Source of the DNA: Halarcobacter sp.
Lineage (GTDB): Bacteria; Campylobacterota; Campylobacteria; Campylobacterales; Arcobacteraceae
Assembly: GCA_048571215.1 (NCBI GenBank)
Contig: CP182352.1
Coordinates: forward strand, 1-64,000
Direction of reading: 5' to 3'
DNA: 64,000 bases
Position 1 is the first letter of the stretch. The number at the start of each line of letters is the position of its first letter. Positions 21,085 to 32,299 of the stretch are shown in pieces. Below the pieces are notes generated by a model that made no database searches, was not told the origin of the DNA, and saw nothing but the letters and a program-made list of their open reading frames with translations. Position numbers and translations under genes: made by a program.

Positions 21085-22272
21085 ATGAAAATTTTACTTA
21101 GAAAATATATACAAAAAGAATCTACTTCAGGTATTATTTTATTATTTGTTACAATCTTAGCTTTAGTGCTAAGAAATTCTATATTCTCAGAATTTTACAC
21201 AACATTTTTACATACTCCTATTGAGTTAAATATTGGTACCTTATTAAATATTAAGAAGCCTCTTATATTATGGATTAATGATGGACTAATGGTAGTATTT
21301 TTTCTTCTTATTGGTTTGGAGATAAAAAGGGAGCTTTTAGCAGGTCATTTATCTAGTGCAAAAAAAATAGCACTGCCAATTATTGCCGCCTTAGGTGGAA
21401 TGATTGTACCTGCAATTTTTTTCATTGCTTTTAATTTAGGAGATGATTTTGCATTAAAGGGTTGGGCAATACCAACTGCAACAGATATAGCTTTTGCCCT
21501 TGGTATTTTATCTCTACTTGGTAGAAGAATTCCTGCATCATTGAAAATTTTTCTTATGGCCTTAGCTATATTTGATGACTTGGGCGCTATTTTAATAATT
21601 GCATTTTTTTATACTTCTGATTTATCTTTTCATTCCATATCTTTTGCAGTTATTGCTATATTGGTATTGATTTTGATGAATAGATTTAAAGTAACTAGAG
21701 TTGGTTTTTATTGGATTGTGGGGATAATATTATGGGTATTTCTATTAAAATCTGGAGTTCATGCAACATTAACTGGAATCATAGTTGCCTTTGCAATACC
21801 TTTACATGCAATAAATGAAAAAAGAAAAATTGTCTCTCCAGCAAGATCCTTGCAACACCATATACACTATTGGGTTGCTTTTTATATCTTGCCACTTTTT
21901 GCCTTTGTAAATGCAGGAGTTGATTTAAGTGATTTGTCTTTTGCCAAAATTACAAATGGTGTTTCCTTAGGGATAATATTTGGCTTATTTTTTGGAAAAC
22001 AAATAGGTGTATTTCTATTTTCATTTTTAGCAATAAAATTTAAAATAGCAACTCTTCCTAGATGTACAAATTGGGCACAACTTTATGGAGTAGCAGTATT
22101 AACAGGGATAGGTTTCACTATGAGTTTATTTATAGATTCCTTGGCATACAACGACTCAGATATATTTTTTTATACGGATAGATTAGCTATCTTAATAGGT
22201 TCTTTTTTATCAGGGCTTGTAGGTTATATTATACTTAGACTTGTAAAAGGTAGAAGGAATTGTAATATTTAG
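21085..22272 (+). CDS. nhaA: Na+/H+ antiporter NhaA
   Basis: WINDGLM, GLEIKRE, GWAIPTATDIAFALG, LAIFDDLGA, GIGFTMSLFI. Confidence 0.97.
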   Translation: MKILLRKYIQKESTSGIILLFVTILALVLRNSIFSEFYTTFLHTPIELNIGTLLNIKKPLILWINDGLMVVFFLLIGLEIKRELLAGHLSSAKKIALPIIAALGGMIVPAIFFIAFNLGDDFALKGWAIPTATDIAFALGILSLLGRRIPASLKIFLMALAIFDDLGAILIIAFFYTSDLSFHSISFAVIAILVLILMNRFKVTRVGFYWIVGIILWVFLLKSGVHATLTGIIVAFAIPLHAINEKRKIVSPARSLQHHIHYWVAFYILPLFAFVNAGVDLSDLSFAKITNGVSLGIIFGLFFGKQIGVFLFSFLAIKFKIATLPRCTNWAQLYGVAVLTGIGFTMSLFIDSLAYNDSDIFFYTDRLAILIGSFLSGLVGYIILRLVKGRRNCNI

Positions 22273-23036
22273 TTTGGTTTTATATAACCATTCTCAACAC
22301 TAAATCTACCTTCAAGTTCTAACTCATAAAGTTTACTTCCAAGCTTTTTAAGGGCATCATCATAAAGTGGATTTGTACTTAAATAAACTTCATGGTTTTG
22401 TTCATTTTTCGTAAGTTCTCCAAATTCATCAAAAAACTCTTTTAGATTGTAAATAGGTTCTATTAAACCCCTTTCTAAAAATTTTTGTGTACCTTTACTA
22501 TCATCTAATTGATGTGGAATTGTATAGACTTTTTTTCCCATTTTTAAGGCATATTCAACAGAAGTTAAAGTACCACTTTTTTCATCTGCTTGGATTACTA
22601 TTAAAACTTCACCTAAACTTACAACTATCTCATTTCTTTGTACAAATGTATAATTTCTAGCTTCAAATCCATCCTCATAAGCACTTAGTATTAAACCTTC
22701 ATTTTCTATAGATTTAATCATATTTGCATTTATTCTTGGATATTTTATATCAAGACCATTGGCTACAACTGCAATAGTATTTTTTGGTTCTGCACCCTTG
22801 TGGGCTAAGGTATCAACACCAATAGCAGCACCACTTACAATAGCAACATTTCGTTTTGCTAACTCTTGGGCAATTTTAAAGGTAAGTTTTTTAGAATATG
22901 AGTTTGGATGTCTAGTTCCCACAATAGAGACTTTTCTTTTTTTTAGTAAATCTAAGTTTCCTTTATAAAAAAGTTTTTTAGGATAAACTTGCATTGAGGA
23001 TAAATCATCTATTTTAAAAGTTACTTCCTTGGACAT
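22269..23036 (-). CDS. dprA: DNA processing protein DprA
   Basis: SIVGTR, IVSGAAIGVDTLAH, FVQRNEIV, SGTLTS. Confidence 0.93.
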   Translation of the reverse strand: MSKEVTFKIDDLSSMQVYPKKLFYKGNLDLLKKRKVSIVGTRHPNSYSKKLTFKIAQELAKRNVAIVSGAAIGVDTLAHKGAEPKNTIAVVANGLDIKYPRINANMIKSIENEGLILSAYEDGFEARNYTFVQRNEIVVSLGEVLIVIQADEKSGTLTSVEYALKMGKKVYTIPHQLDDSKGTQKFLERGLIEPIYNLKEFFDEFGELTKNEQNHEVYLSTNPLYDDALKKLGSKLYELELEGRFSVENGYIKPN

Positions 23037-23071
23037 AAAAATCCTTTTATATAATTATATTTTAAAGTAGC

Positions 23072-24130
23072 TTATAAATAAGGTAATTGATTTAGGTAAA
23101 CTAAATCTAAACCTTCTAATAGATGTTTTGATTGTTTTAAAGCTTTTATTGTAGCTGGATGTGGATGGCAGATTGCTATTGCATTGCCGTTCTTTTTTGC
23201 TATTCTTATTGCTTTTTTTAATTGATTTTGAATATATTCTATATTTTGTTCATTGTCTAAAAACACATTTCTTGCAATATATGGCATCTCATATTTTTGT
23301 GCCATTTTTTTAGCAACACTTTTACTTGTAGTTCTACTATCTACAAATATAAAATTGTATTTTTTTAAGGCTTTAAAAAGTTTATCCATTGCCTCTTCAT
23401 TTGAAGTAAACTTACTTCCTGTATGATTATTTGTGTAAATAGCATTTGGATACCATTGTCTTATTTGGGCAACTCTTTTTTCAATTTTTTCATATGAGTC
23501 ATTTATATGTAAAGTATTATTCTCTTCATTTTTAAAATATCTTGCCTCTAGGGGAAAATGTATCATAAAAAAAGGTATTTTTTGGGCAATAGTTGCTGAG
23601 TTTTCATGTCTTTTTGTTGGAGGCATAAAAGACATGGTTGTAGTAAAACCTAAAGCTTTTATTTGTTTAACTTGATAAAGGGTTGTAACATCATCAATAA
23701 TAATTGCTAACTTTGGTTTAGAGTTTATCCCTACTGGTTTTTTATCATCTTCTTTCTTTTCATGTATTATAGGAGTTTGTTTTTTAATATCTTTATTTGT
23801 ATGTTTTTTTACACTTTTATCTAAATACTCTTCATAAAAATCTTTTGTATATTCTTCAAATTTATCTTTTTTTATTTTTATATCATTTGTATAGTTATCA
23901 ATCTCTTTTTTTGCTTTTTTTTCTATTACTGTTATTTTATTTTCAATGTTTTTTTGGATATTTTTTGAGTGTTTTAAGTTTCTTGTATCGAAGATAAATA
24001 GTACTAATATGATTATTATTAATATCAATACAATTATTATCAACAACAGGTTTAGTAGTTTAAAATTTAAACTCTGCTTTTGACTTGATTTTCTTTTGTT
24101 TGTTTTTTTTCTAGTTTTTCGTTTTGTCAT
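23072..24130 (-). CDS. Divergent polysaccharide deacetylase family protein
   Basis: N-terminal TM anchor; LAIIIDD, HFPLE, NNHTGSKFT, FVDSRT, RNVFLD, AIAICHP. Confidence 0.9.
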   Translation of the reverse strand: MTKRKTRKKTNKRKSSQKQSLNFKLLNLLLIIIVLILIIIILVLFIFDTRNLKHSKNIQKNIENKITVIEKKAKKEIDNYTNDIKIKKDKFEEYTKDFYEEYLDKSVKKHTNKDIKKQTPIIHEKKEDDKKPVGINSKPKLAIIIDDVTTLYQVKQIKALGFTTTMSFMPPTKRHENSATIAQKIPFFMIHFPLEARYFKNEENNTLHINDSYEKIEKRVAQIRQWYPNAIYTNNHTGSKFTSNEEAMDKLFKALKKYNFIFVDSRTTSKSVAKKMAQKYEMPYIARNVFLDNEQNIEYIQNQLKKAIRIAKKNGNAIAICHPHPATIKALKQSKHLLEGLDLVYLNQLPYL

Positions 24131-24141
24131 TAAAAAGAAAG

Positions 24142-24170
24142 ATAAAGTAAGGAGTTACTCCTTACTTTAT
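24142..24170 (-). terminator. Intrinsic terminator after ilvC
   Basis: ATAAAGTAAGGAG-TTA-CTCCTTACTTTAT perfect stem just past the ilvC stop. Confidence 0.75.
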
Positions 24171-24174
24171 AAAA

Positions 24175-25233
<1,059 letters not shown>

Positions 25234-25288
25234 TTAAGTAAACTAATTTTTAGATAAGATACAAATTGAATAATTATAAGGATATCTA

Positions 25289-27142
25289 GTGTTAAAAGAG
25301 CTTTTTACAAAACTGCAATCCCATAAAAAGGAGTTCTCTTCAAAGGAACAAGCACAATTAGACCAGTATATAAAAGAGGGTTTTGTTGTTTTTGAAAATG
25401 GAAATTATGAATTGAATTCAAAATATAAAGTTGGAATTATACGAATAGACAAAACTACTGCCTTACTTCAAGATTTATTAAATGAGCATAAAGATATACG
25501 CCTTGATTTTGATCATTTAAACGGGGCATATGATGGGGATTTGATTTTAGCAAAAAGGGTTTTCAACCCAAGAAGTAGGATTAAAGCAAAAGTTGAAAAG
25601 GTGTTTAATAGTAAAAATAGTGAGATTTTAGTTTATGTAAAAGATAAACAATATTTTACTCTAAAGGAGTCAATCTTACTTCAAAATAAACTAGATGTGA
25701 AAGAAAACGATGGGGATGTTTTATTAATAGATAATAAAACCTTTGAAAGAAAAGAGGTAATAGGAAATATAAGAGATGCTAAAATTGATGAAAAAATCTC
25801 TTTAATACTTTATAATGAATATTTTAGAATGAATACAAAAGTTGATGTATCTGCAAAAATGAATGATACTAAACAAAGAGTTGATTTAACACATCTTCCT
25901 TTTTGTACTATTGACCCAAATAGTGCGAAAGACCATGATGATGCTATATATTTTGATTGGAAAGAGAATATTTTGTATGTGGCAATTGCTGATGTATCAT
26001 ATTTTGTAAAAGAGGGTACAGCTTTAGATGAGCAGGCTTATTTAAAATCAACTTCTATTTATCTTCCTGGAAAAGTCTTACCCATGCTTCCAAATGAGCT
26101 TAGTGAAAATATGTGTTCTTTAAAAGAGGGGGTAAATAGATACTCTTATGTATTTAAACTTCATTTAGATATTGAAAATATGAAAGTGAAAAAATCAGAA
26201 CTTTTTGAAGCAGTTATAAATTCACATAAGAAGTTTTCATATGGAAGAATTGATAGGGTGTTAGAGGGGAAACTTGATAATTACAACAAAATAGAAAAAG
26301 AGATTTTTGATTATATTTTACCCCTTTATTCAGTGACAAAATCTTTTAGAAATAAAAGATTAGAAAAGGGTTATGACTTTAGAAGTAGTGAATGTTCTAT
26401 AAGATTGGATAAAAATGGAAAAATCCAAAATATAGAAATAGAATCCTCAACTGCCTCTCATCAATTAATTGAAGAGTGTATGTTATTAGCAAATATTGAA
26501 GCTAGTAAAAAAGTAAATCTAGTGGGAATTTTTAGAATCCATGAAGAGCCACCTTTTAAGGCTATTTCAAAACTTGTGGATGATGTAAATGCTTTAGGTA
26601 TAAATGTAAAACTTCAAAGTGATGTCCACACAACAATCTCACATATTCAAGAAAGAGCAAAATATAGTACCCTTAGGGATGAGATAGATGAGCTTATAAT
26701 CCATTCTCAAACTCAAGCAAAATATTCTTCAAAAAATCTTGGTCACTTTGGTTTAGGTTTTAGTTCATATTCCCACTTTACAAGTCCTATTAGAAGATAC
26801 TCAGACTTGGTTTTACATAGAATGTTAAAAAGCAAAAAAACTCCTAAAAATATTGATGATATTTGTGAATATATCTCAATACAAGAGAGAAAAGTAGACC
26901 AACTTGTATGGGATTTTGAAGATAGAAAATATGCAAGGTGGGCAAATGATAATATAGGCTTAGAGGTAAAAGCAAAAATTGTAGATACTGAAAGGGGAAT
27001 TGCCTTAACATATGGACAAATTTCAGGAGCTAAAATAAGAGTTGATAATTATAAGGGGCAAGTTTTATACTCAAAAGTTAGAGTTATTATAAAATCAAGT
27101 GATATAATCTCAAAACTTATAATAGGCTCTATAAGATATTAG
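25289..27142 (+). CDS. rnr: Ribonuclease R (RNB domain exoribonuclease)
   Basis: TIDPNSAKDHDDA, VAIADVS, LIEECMLLAN, HFTSPIRRYSDL; GTG start. Confidence 0.92.
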   Translation: MLKELFTKLQSHKKEFSSKEQAQLDQYIKEGFVVFENGNYELNSKYKVGIIRIDKTTALLQDLLNEHKDIRLDFDHLNGAYDGDLILAKRVFNPRSRIKAKVEKVFNSKNSEILVYVKDKQYFTLKESILLQNKLDVKENDGDVLLIDNKTFERKEVIGNIRDAKIDEKISLILYNEYFRMNTKVDVSAKMNDTKQRVDLTHLPFCTIDPNSAKDHDDAIYFDWKENILYVAIADVSYFVKEGTALDEQAYLKSTSIYLPGKVLPMLPNELSENMCSLKEGVNRYSYVFKLHLDIENMKVKKSELFEAVINSHKKFSYGRIDRVLEGKLDNYNKIEKEIFDYILPLYSVTKSFRNKRLEKGYDFRSSECSIRLDKNGKIQNIEIESSTASHQLIEECMLLANIEASKKVNLVGIFRIHEEPPFKAISKLVDDVNALGINVKLQSDVHTTISHIQERAKYSTLRDEIDELIIHSQTQAKYSSKNLGHFGLGFSSYSHFTSPIRRYSDLVLHRMLKSKKTPKNIDDICEYISIQERKVDQLVWDFEDRKYARWANDNIGLEVKAKIVDTERGIALTYGQISGAKIRVDNYKGQVLYSKVRVIIKSSDIISKLIIGSIRY

Positions 27143-27157
27143 TGTAAAGGTTAAAAC

Positions 27158-27496
27158 CTACACACTAATTATTGTATCCCCTGATTTTATCCAATCACTT
27201 AAAAACTCACCTGTATAAAATACATCAATATTGCAAGCAGTCAGTCCATCTTTTATATCCATATTATCTGCACATTTTAAACAAGCTACAACTTTAACTC
27301 CATCAGCTATCATGAGCTTAACTTTCTCTTGTATCTCTTTATCTTCATTTATAAGTTTTTGACTAGCACCCCAAACTAAAACTGTAACTTCTTCCATCCA
27401 GCCTTTTAGCTTGGCATTGTGAGCATATAAAAGAACCATATGTTCTGCTGTTTCTTTATTGTCTGTAGTCCATAAAATTTTTACCTCTTTTTGCAT
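27158..27496 (-). CDS. DsrE family protein
   Basis: VLVWGAS, GVKVVACLKCA motif. Confidence 0.8.
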   Translation of the reverse strand: MQKEVKILWTTDNKETAEHMVLLYAHNAKLKGWMEEVTVLVWGASQKLINEDKEIQEKVKLMIADGVKVVACLKCADNMDIKDGLTACNIDVFYTGEFLSDWIKSGDTIISV

Positions 27497-27761
27497 TTGA
27501 ATATCCCTTTAGTTGATTTAAAAAATTATAACATGGCTAACTTTTAATTTTATGAAGTTAATTTTTTAATTTTTGTATGAAAAGATATCAAATTAGTTTT
27601 TAAATTTAAGGAAATAGGATAGTTTTACTCCTAAATTATCTTTTTTTACTTTAAAGTAAAAGTAAAAAATCTGCTCAAGCTGGCTAAAAGTGGTTTTTTT
27701 ATCAATTTTTGAAGAAGAGATTTTTATTTATATGCACTATGCATATAGTAATTTAAAAAAA

Positions 27762-27790
27762 TTGACATAATAACATATAGATGTTATAGT
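27762..27790 (+). promoter_or_regulatory. Sigma70 promoter TTGACA-N17-TATAGT with an overlapping 7-4-7 inverted repeat
   Basis: TTGACA 27762-27767, TATAGT 27785-27790; ATAACAT-ATAG-ATGTTAT at 27770-27787. Confidence 0.75.
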
Positions 27791-27811
27791 TAAAAAGCAA
27801 AAGGAGTAGTT

Positions 27812-28303
27812 ATGTTAAGTGATAGGCAAATTGCAAAGAGGCTTAAGATTAGTTATGACACCTTTTTAAGATGGCGTAAAGATAAACCTTTACTTTATAC
27901 ACATATAAAAGAGGGCTTTGAATTAAAACAGTTAATTATAAATATGGATGAGACTATGAAACAAATTTTAAATCAAACTCAACATATAAAATTAAAAGAT
28001 TCTGTTTATAGTGAGGATGATGATAATCTTTATGAAGTTATCTCTTTTAAAGCAAATGAAAGCGATCCATTTTTGGTAAATAAACCATATGTTTGGCTTA
28101 GAACAAAAGATAAAAATGTTTTAAATGTTTTATCATATAAAGATGAGTTAGTAACAAGTGGAATAACAAACAATGAAGCTTTAATTGATATGAATAATTA
28201 TCAAGTTTATGACAATGAAGATAAAAGCCATTGGATAGTATCAAACAATATGAAAATAGAACATATAGATGAGTTTTTTACTTGGTATAAATTAAAAAAT
28301 TAA
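27812..28303 (+). CDS. Hypothetical protein with an N-terminal helix-turn-helix
   Basis: SDRQIAKRLKISYDTFLRWRK fits an HTH pattern; AAGGAG RBS; C-terminal ~100 aa not recognised. Confidence 0.7.
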   Translation: MLSDRQIAKRLKISYDTFLRWRKDKPLLYTHIKEGFELKQLIINMDETMKQILNQTQHIKLKDSVYSEDDDNLYEVISFKANESDPFLVNKPYVWLRTKDKNVLNVLSYKDELVTSGITNNEALIDMNNYQVYDNEDKSHWIVSNNMKIEHIDEFFTWYKLKN

Positions 28304-28332
28304 AATTTATTTAAAGAAAAGATAAGAGCAAT

Positions 28333-29016
28333 TTAATTGCAATTATCTTTATCTTCTAAATGTTGAGTTAAAGTTTTATATTGCTCTATTGGCTTTGGTT
28401 CAATCCCTAATATCTCTGTTAAAGATTTTACTCCCATAGATAGAAGATATTGTAAGTTATTATCAAAAGTTGCCTCTTGAATTACCCAAATTTTGTCTTT
28501 GTGCGTTTCAAACATATATCCACCATTTGGAATTGGTGTCATAGATAATACTACAGTATAATGATCTTTTATAGGAGACTCTTTTGTTGAATACATTAAG
28601 CCAATATTATAACTTTTTTTACCAAAACCATTAACCATAACAACAAGAACTTTTTGTTCTCCCGATTTTGAGGTATTAAAAATATTTATAAGCTCTTTTA
28701 TTGTCTCATAACCTGGGATTTTTGAGTATATTTTTTGTATAAAATCACCAAGACTTGATTCTACAAATACCCCAATTACATATGCAATAAAACATAAAAG
28801 TAAAAGACCTATTAAAGTCCACAAAAATGGAAAGTTTTCTGGCTGGAAACCAAATAGTGAGAACAATTGTCCAGTAATATAATCTATTTTTTCATACAAC
28901 CAAACTATTATCATAGTGATAGCTATAATTGGAGCCAACCAAAAAAGACCTTTTATAATCACTGTTACTATATGATCTTTTCCTAATCCCAAAAAATCTT
29001 TTATTTTATCAAGCAT
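28333..29016 (-). CDS. DUF502-like membrane protein
   Basis: Two TM helices, KIPGYETIKEL, TPIPNGGY, LLSMG. Confidence 0.8.
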   Translation of the reverse strand: MLDKIKDFLGLGKDHIVTVIIKGLFWLAPIIAITMIIVWLYEKIDYITGQLFSLFGFQPENFPFLWTLIGLLLLCFIAYVIGVFVESSLGDFIQKIYSKIPGYETIKELINIFNTSKSGEQKVLVVMVNGFGKKSYNIGLMYSTKESPIKDHYTVVLSMTPIPNGGYMFETHKDKIWVIQEATFDNNLQYLLSMGVKSLTEILGIEPKPIEQYKTLTQHLEDKDNCN

Positions 29017-29179
29017 ATATTTTCCTATTTTTTTTATAATTATAACTAAATTAAATCTATAAAAGGATTATAATTATATGAAATCTATACAATTAAATTT
29101 TTAATATCTTTTTTAAACTGAATATTAACTATACACATAATACAATAGCAAAAAAAAATTAATAGGTTAAAATACAAAA

Positions 29180-30781
29180 ATGGAAACAATATTACTTATA
29201 CTTTTTACATCGCTAGCCTTAGCTACAATTATTAACATTATATTTAAAAGATTTAATATCTCTCACATATTAGGATATATTTTAACTGGTACCATTATTA
29301 CAAGTTTATTTAACCTAAGCTCAGAAGATGGTTTACACACCCTTGACCTTATAGCTGAATTTGGGATTGTATTTTTAATGTTTACTATTGGTTTAGAGAT
29401 GCCAATAGATAGACTAAAAAAGATGAAAGAGCTTCTTTTTGTAAATGGTTTTATCCAAGTAGCTGTTAGTTCACTAATAATATTTTTTATTTCAAAATAT
29501 ATATTTGCAATAGATAGTACCTCTTCTATTATAATTGCTCTTGCATTTTCTCTATCTTCTACAGCTATAGTATTAACCTATTTAAAGCAATCAAAAGATA
29601 TTTATACCCCTTATGGAGAGAAGGCAACTGCTATTTTAGTTTTTCAAGATTTGGCAGTTATTCCTATACTTTTGCTTATTACATTTTTATCAGATAATGG
29701 TTCCTCTATAGATATAATCTTATATAAAACTCTAATTTCAGCAATTGTTATTATTATTTTTATGTTTACAATTGGTAAAAAAATCTTAAGTTGGTTTTTA
29801 CATTTTGCAACCAAATCAAAACTTGAAGAGTTGTTTTTAGGTTCAATTTTATCTATAGTAATAGGAACTTCTATATTGGCTCATCAAATGGGTTTTACCT
29901 ATTCACTTGGGGCTTTTATAGCTGGTATGATTATAGCTGAGACAAAATATCATATAAAAGTTGAGTCAGATATATCTTCATATAAAGATTTGCTTTTGGG
30001 TGCATTTTTCTTCTCTGTGGGAACAAAAATAGATGTGATGTATTTTATCTCAAATGTACATTATGTTATTTTGATATTTATTATGGTTATGCTAATTAAG
30101 GCTGCCGTTGTTTATGTATTGATAATTAGAAAATCAAATAAAAGTGATTCTATAAAATCCTCTTTAGCTCTTTGTCAAATAGGGGAGTTTTCTTTTGCTG
30201 TTTTTGCCCTAGCTTCGGCTGATAATCTATTGAGTGAAGAGTTATCTAAGTTTTTGATTCTTGTTACAGTTATGTCTATGATTATAACTCCATTTATAGT
30301 AAGCAATATCTATAAAATCGCTTCATATTTTGTTGTTGAGTATTATGAGTCTGATAAGATTACTCCAATTAATAAAAAAGGACATATTGTAATATGTGGA
30401 TACTCTATGTTAGGAAGAATTGTAGCTCACCAATTAAAAAAAGAGGGGAAACAATTTGTTATAATCTCAGATAATTTAAGGCATGTTCTTTTAGCTAGAA
30501 AAAATGGTTATATGGCATATTTTGGTCACTTGGAAAAGTTGCCAGTATTAGAATCTCTAAGTGTAGATGAAGCCTCAAGTGTAATTATAACTTTTAGTGA
30601 TTTAGTACAAAAAACTCTTATTTGTGAGGCTATAAGAAAATTTAATGAAAATATAAAAATAGTTGTAAAAGTTGACTCACTTGAGGAAAAAAGGGCAATG
30701 AAAGATTTAAATATAGACTCATTTGTTCATGCTCATCAAGAGATAGCTTCTTTACTTGTAAAAAACAGTTTAAATAAATAA
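29180..30781 (+). CDS. CPA2 cation:proton antiporter (Kef-like) with C-terminal KTN domain
   Basis: AEFGIVFLMFTIGLE, LSSTAIV, FQDLAVIP, QIGEFSF, IVICGYSMLGR. Confidence 0.92.
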   Translation: METILLILFTSLALATIINIIFKRFNISHILGYILTGTIITSLFNLSSEDGLHTLDLIAEFGIVFLMFTIGLEMPIDRLKKMKELLFVNGFIQVAVSSLIIFFISKYIFAIDSTSSIIIALAFSLSSTAIVLTYLKQSKDIYTPYGEKATAILVFQDLAVIPILLLITFLSDNGSSIDIILYKTLISAIVIIIFMFTIGKKILSWFLHFATKSKLEELFLGSILSIVIGTSILAHQMGFTYSLGAFIAGMIIAETKYHIKVESDISSYKDLLLGAFFFSVGTKIDVMYFISNVHYVILIFIMVMLIKAAVVYVLIIRKSNKSDSIKSSLALCQIGEFSFAVFALASADNLLSEELSKFLILVTVMSMIITPFIVSNIYKIASYFVVEYYESDKITPINKKGHIVICGYSMLGRIVAHQLKKEGKQFVIISDNLRHVLLARKNGYMAYFGHLEKLPVLESLSVDEASSVIITFSDLVQKTLICEAIRKFNENIKIVVKVDSLEEKRAMKDLNIDSFVHAHQEIASLLVKNSLNK

Positions 30782-30803
30782 AAATATTGTGAAATCTTAA
30801 AGT

Positions 30804-30832
30804 AAAAAAGAGCAAGTTATTGCTCTTTTTTT
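30804..30832. terminator. Bidirectional intrinsic terminator
   Basis: AAAAAAGAGCAA-GTTA-TTGCTCTTTTTT with U-tails on both strands. Confidence 0.85.
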
Positions 30833-30893
30833 CTACTATGAAGGACGTTTAATTAGTAGGTAGTGAAAGTATAACGACCTATAGTAGCAAAAC
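30804..30893 (-). ncRNA. Candidate ~90-nt small RNA
   Basis: Minus-strand TATAAT at 30900-30905, interrupted stem 30833-30887, terminator 30804-30832; no ORF in the track. Confidence 0.45.
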
Positions 30894-30965
30894 TGTAGCA
30901 TTATAAAAAATTTACCACATTTTAATCAAATTTCCTATAAAATATGCAAATTATAGGAGCATTTA

Positions 30966-32060
30966 TTGTACTCAAAAGAGCTAAATTCCATAAAAAAATC
31001 TAATAGGTATAGAAAAAGAGAAATTTTTGAAAAAGATTTAATTGATCTAGCATCAAATGATTATTTAGGTCTAGCTTCAAATAAACAACTTTTTGAAAAT
31101 GCATACAAAAGAGTTTATCAAGAAAAATTCACTTCCCCAAAAGCATCAATGTTGGTAAATGGTTATAGCCAAGTGCATAAAGATTTTGAAGATGCTTTAA
31201 AACTTGCCAATGGTTTTGAAGAAGCGCTTGTTGTTGGAAGTGGATTTTTGGCAAACCTTTCTATGATAGAAGCTCTTGTTAGAAAAGGGGATACTCTTTT
31301 TATAGATGAGGAGTATCATGCTAGTGGTATGCTTGCAACTAAACTTTTAAATAAAAATCAAATAATTCTTTTCAAACACAATGATGCCCAAGATTTAAAA
31401 GAGAAGTTTAATTTTTGTGAAAAAAAAGGTAGAAAAATCATAGCTATAGAGGGTGTTTACTCTATGCATGGGGATGTGGCACCAAAAGAGATTTTTGATT
31501 TTGCTGATGAAAAAGAGGCTTTACTTATTGTTGATGAAGCACACTCATCTGGGGTTCTAGGGAAAAATCTTCTAGGTATTTTTAGTTTTTATGATATCAA
31601 ACCAAAAAAAAATCATATAAAAATGGGAACCTTAGGGAAAGCATATGGAAGTTATGGAGCATATATTTTAGCGAGTTCCCATATAGTAGATTTTTTACTT
31701 AATCGTGCCAAAGCGATAATCTATACAACGGCACCTTCTTTATTTGATATGGCATTGGGACATGAGTCCTTAAAATATATTTTACAAAATACAGAACTAA
31801 TAAAGGGAAAAATACAAAACAATTTACAAATAATAAATGAAAATTTAGGTATAACTTCACATAGTTTAATTATTCCCATAGATATTGCAAATAATAAAAA
31901 AGTGCTAGATATTCAAGCAATTTTAAGACAAAAAGGTTATTTGCTTGGTGCTATTAGACAGCCTACTGTTAAAAGTGCAATAATTAGACTTATAGCAAAA
32001 GTAGATATTGAAAATGAAGATTTAATAAAAGTATGTAAACTAATTAAGGAATTAAAATGA
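30966..32060 (+). CDS. bioF: 8-amino-7-oxononanoate synthase
   Basis: ASNDYLGL, SGFLANL, EGVYSMHGD, VDEAHSSG, GTLGKAYG, AIRQPTV; TTG start after AGGAG. Confidence 0.9.
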   Translation: MYSKELNSIKKSNRYRKREIFEKDLIDLASNDYLGLASNKQLFENAYKRVYQEKFTSPKASMLVNGYSQVHKDFEDALKLANGFEEALVVGSGFLANLSMIEALVRKGDTLFIDEEYHASGMLATKLLNKNQIILFKHNDAQDLKEKFNFCEKKGRKIIAIEGVYSMHGDVAPKEIFDFADEKEALLIVDEAHSSGVLGKNLLGIFSFYDIKPKKNHIKMGTLGKAYGSYGAYILASSHIVDFLLNRAKAIIYTTAPSLFDMALGHESLKYILQNTELIKGKIQNNLQIINENLGITSHSLIIPIDIANNKKVLDIQAILRQKGYLLGAIRQPTVKSAIIRLIAKVDIENEDLIKVCKLIKELK

Positions 32061-32299
32061 GATTTATCTTAATACTAATTGTATTTACACTTTTCAGTTT
32101 TGCAAATGATAAGTTTTTAAATATGAAAACTTGCGAAACCTTCAAGTTATCAAATTTTAATACACTGTTATCTTGTCATAGTATTGATTACTTAATTGAA
32201 TATAGAAAAGTTGATGATGAAGAGAAAGATCCCATAAAAAAGATTACAGCAATAACAGTAAATGATCAAAGAGTTATAAAAGATATAGGTAAAAAATAA
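32057..32299 (+). CDS. Small secreted hypothetical protein
   Basis: Signal peptide MRFILILIVFTLFSFA; overlaps both neighbours. Confidence 0.7.
   Translation: MRFILILIVFTLFSFANDKFLNMKTCETFKLSNFNTLLSCHSIDYLIEYRKVDDEEKDPIKKITAITVNDQRVIKDIGKK

Noticed and set aside
27497..28332. Prophage or integrated element around the HTH gene
   Set aside because: No integrase, tRNA target, att-like direct repeats or other phage genes were seen.
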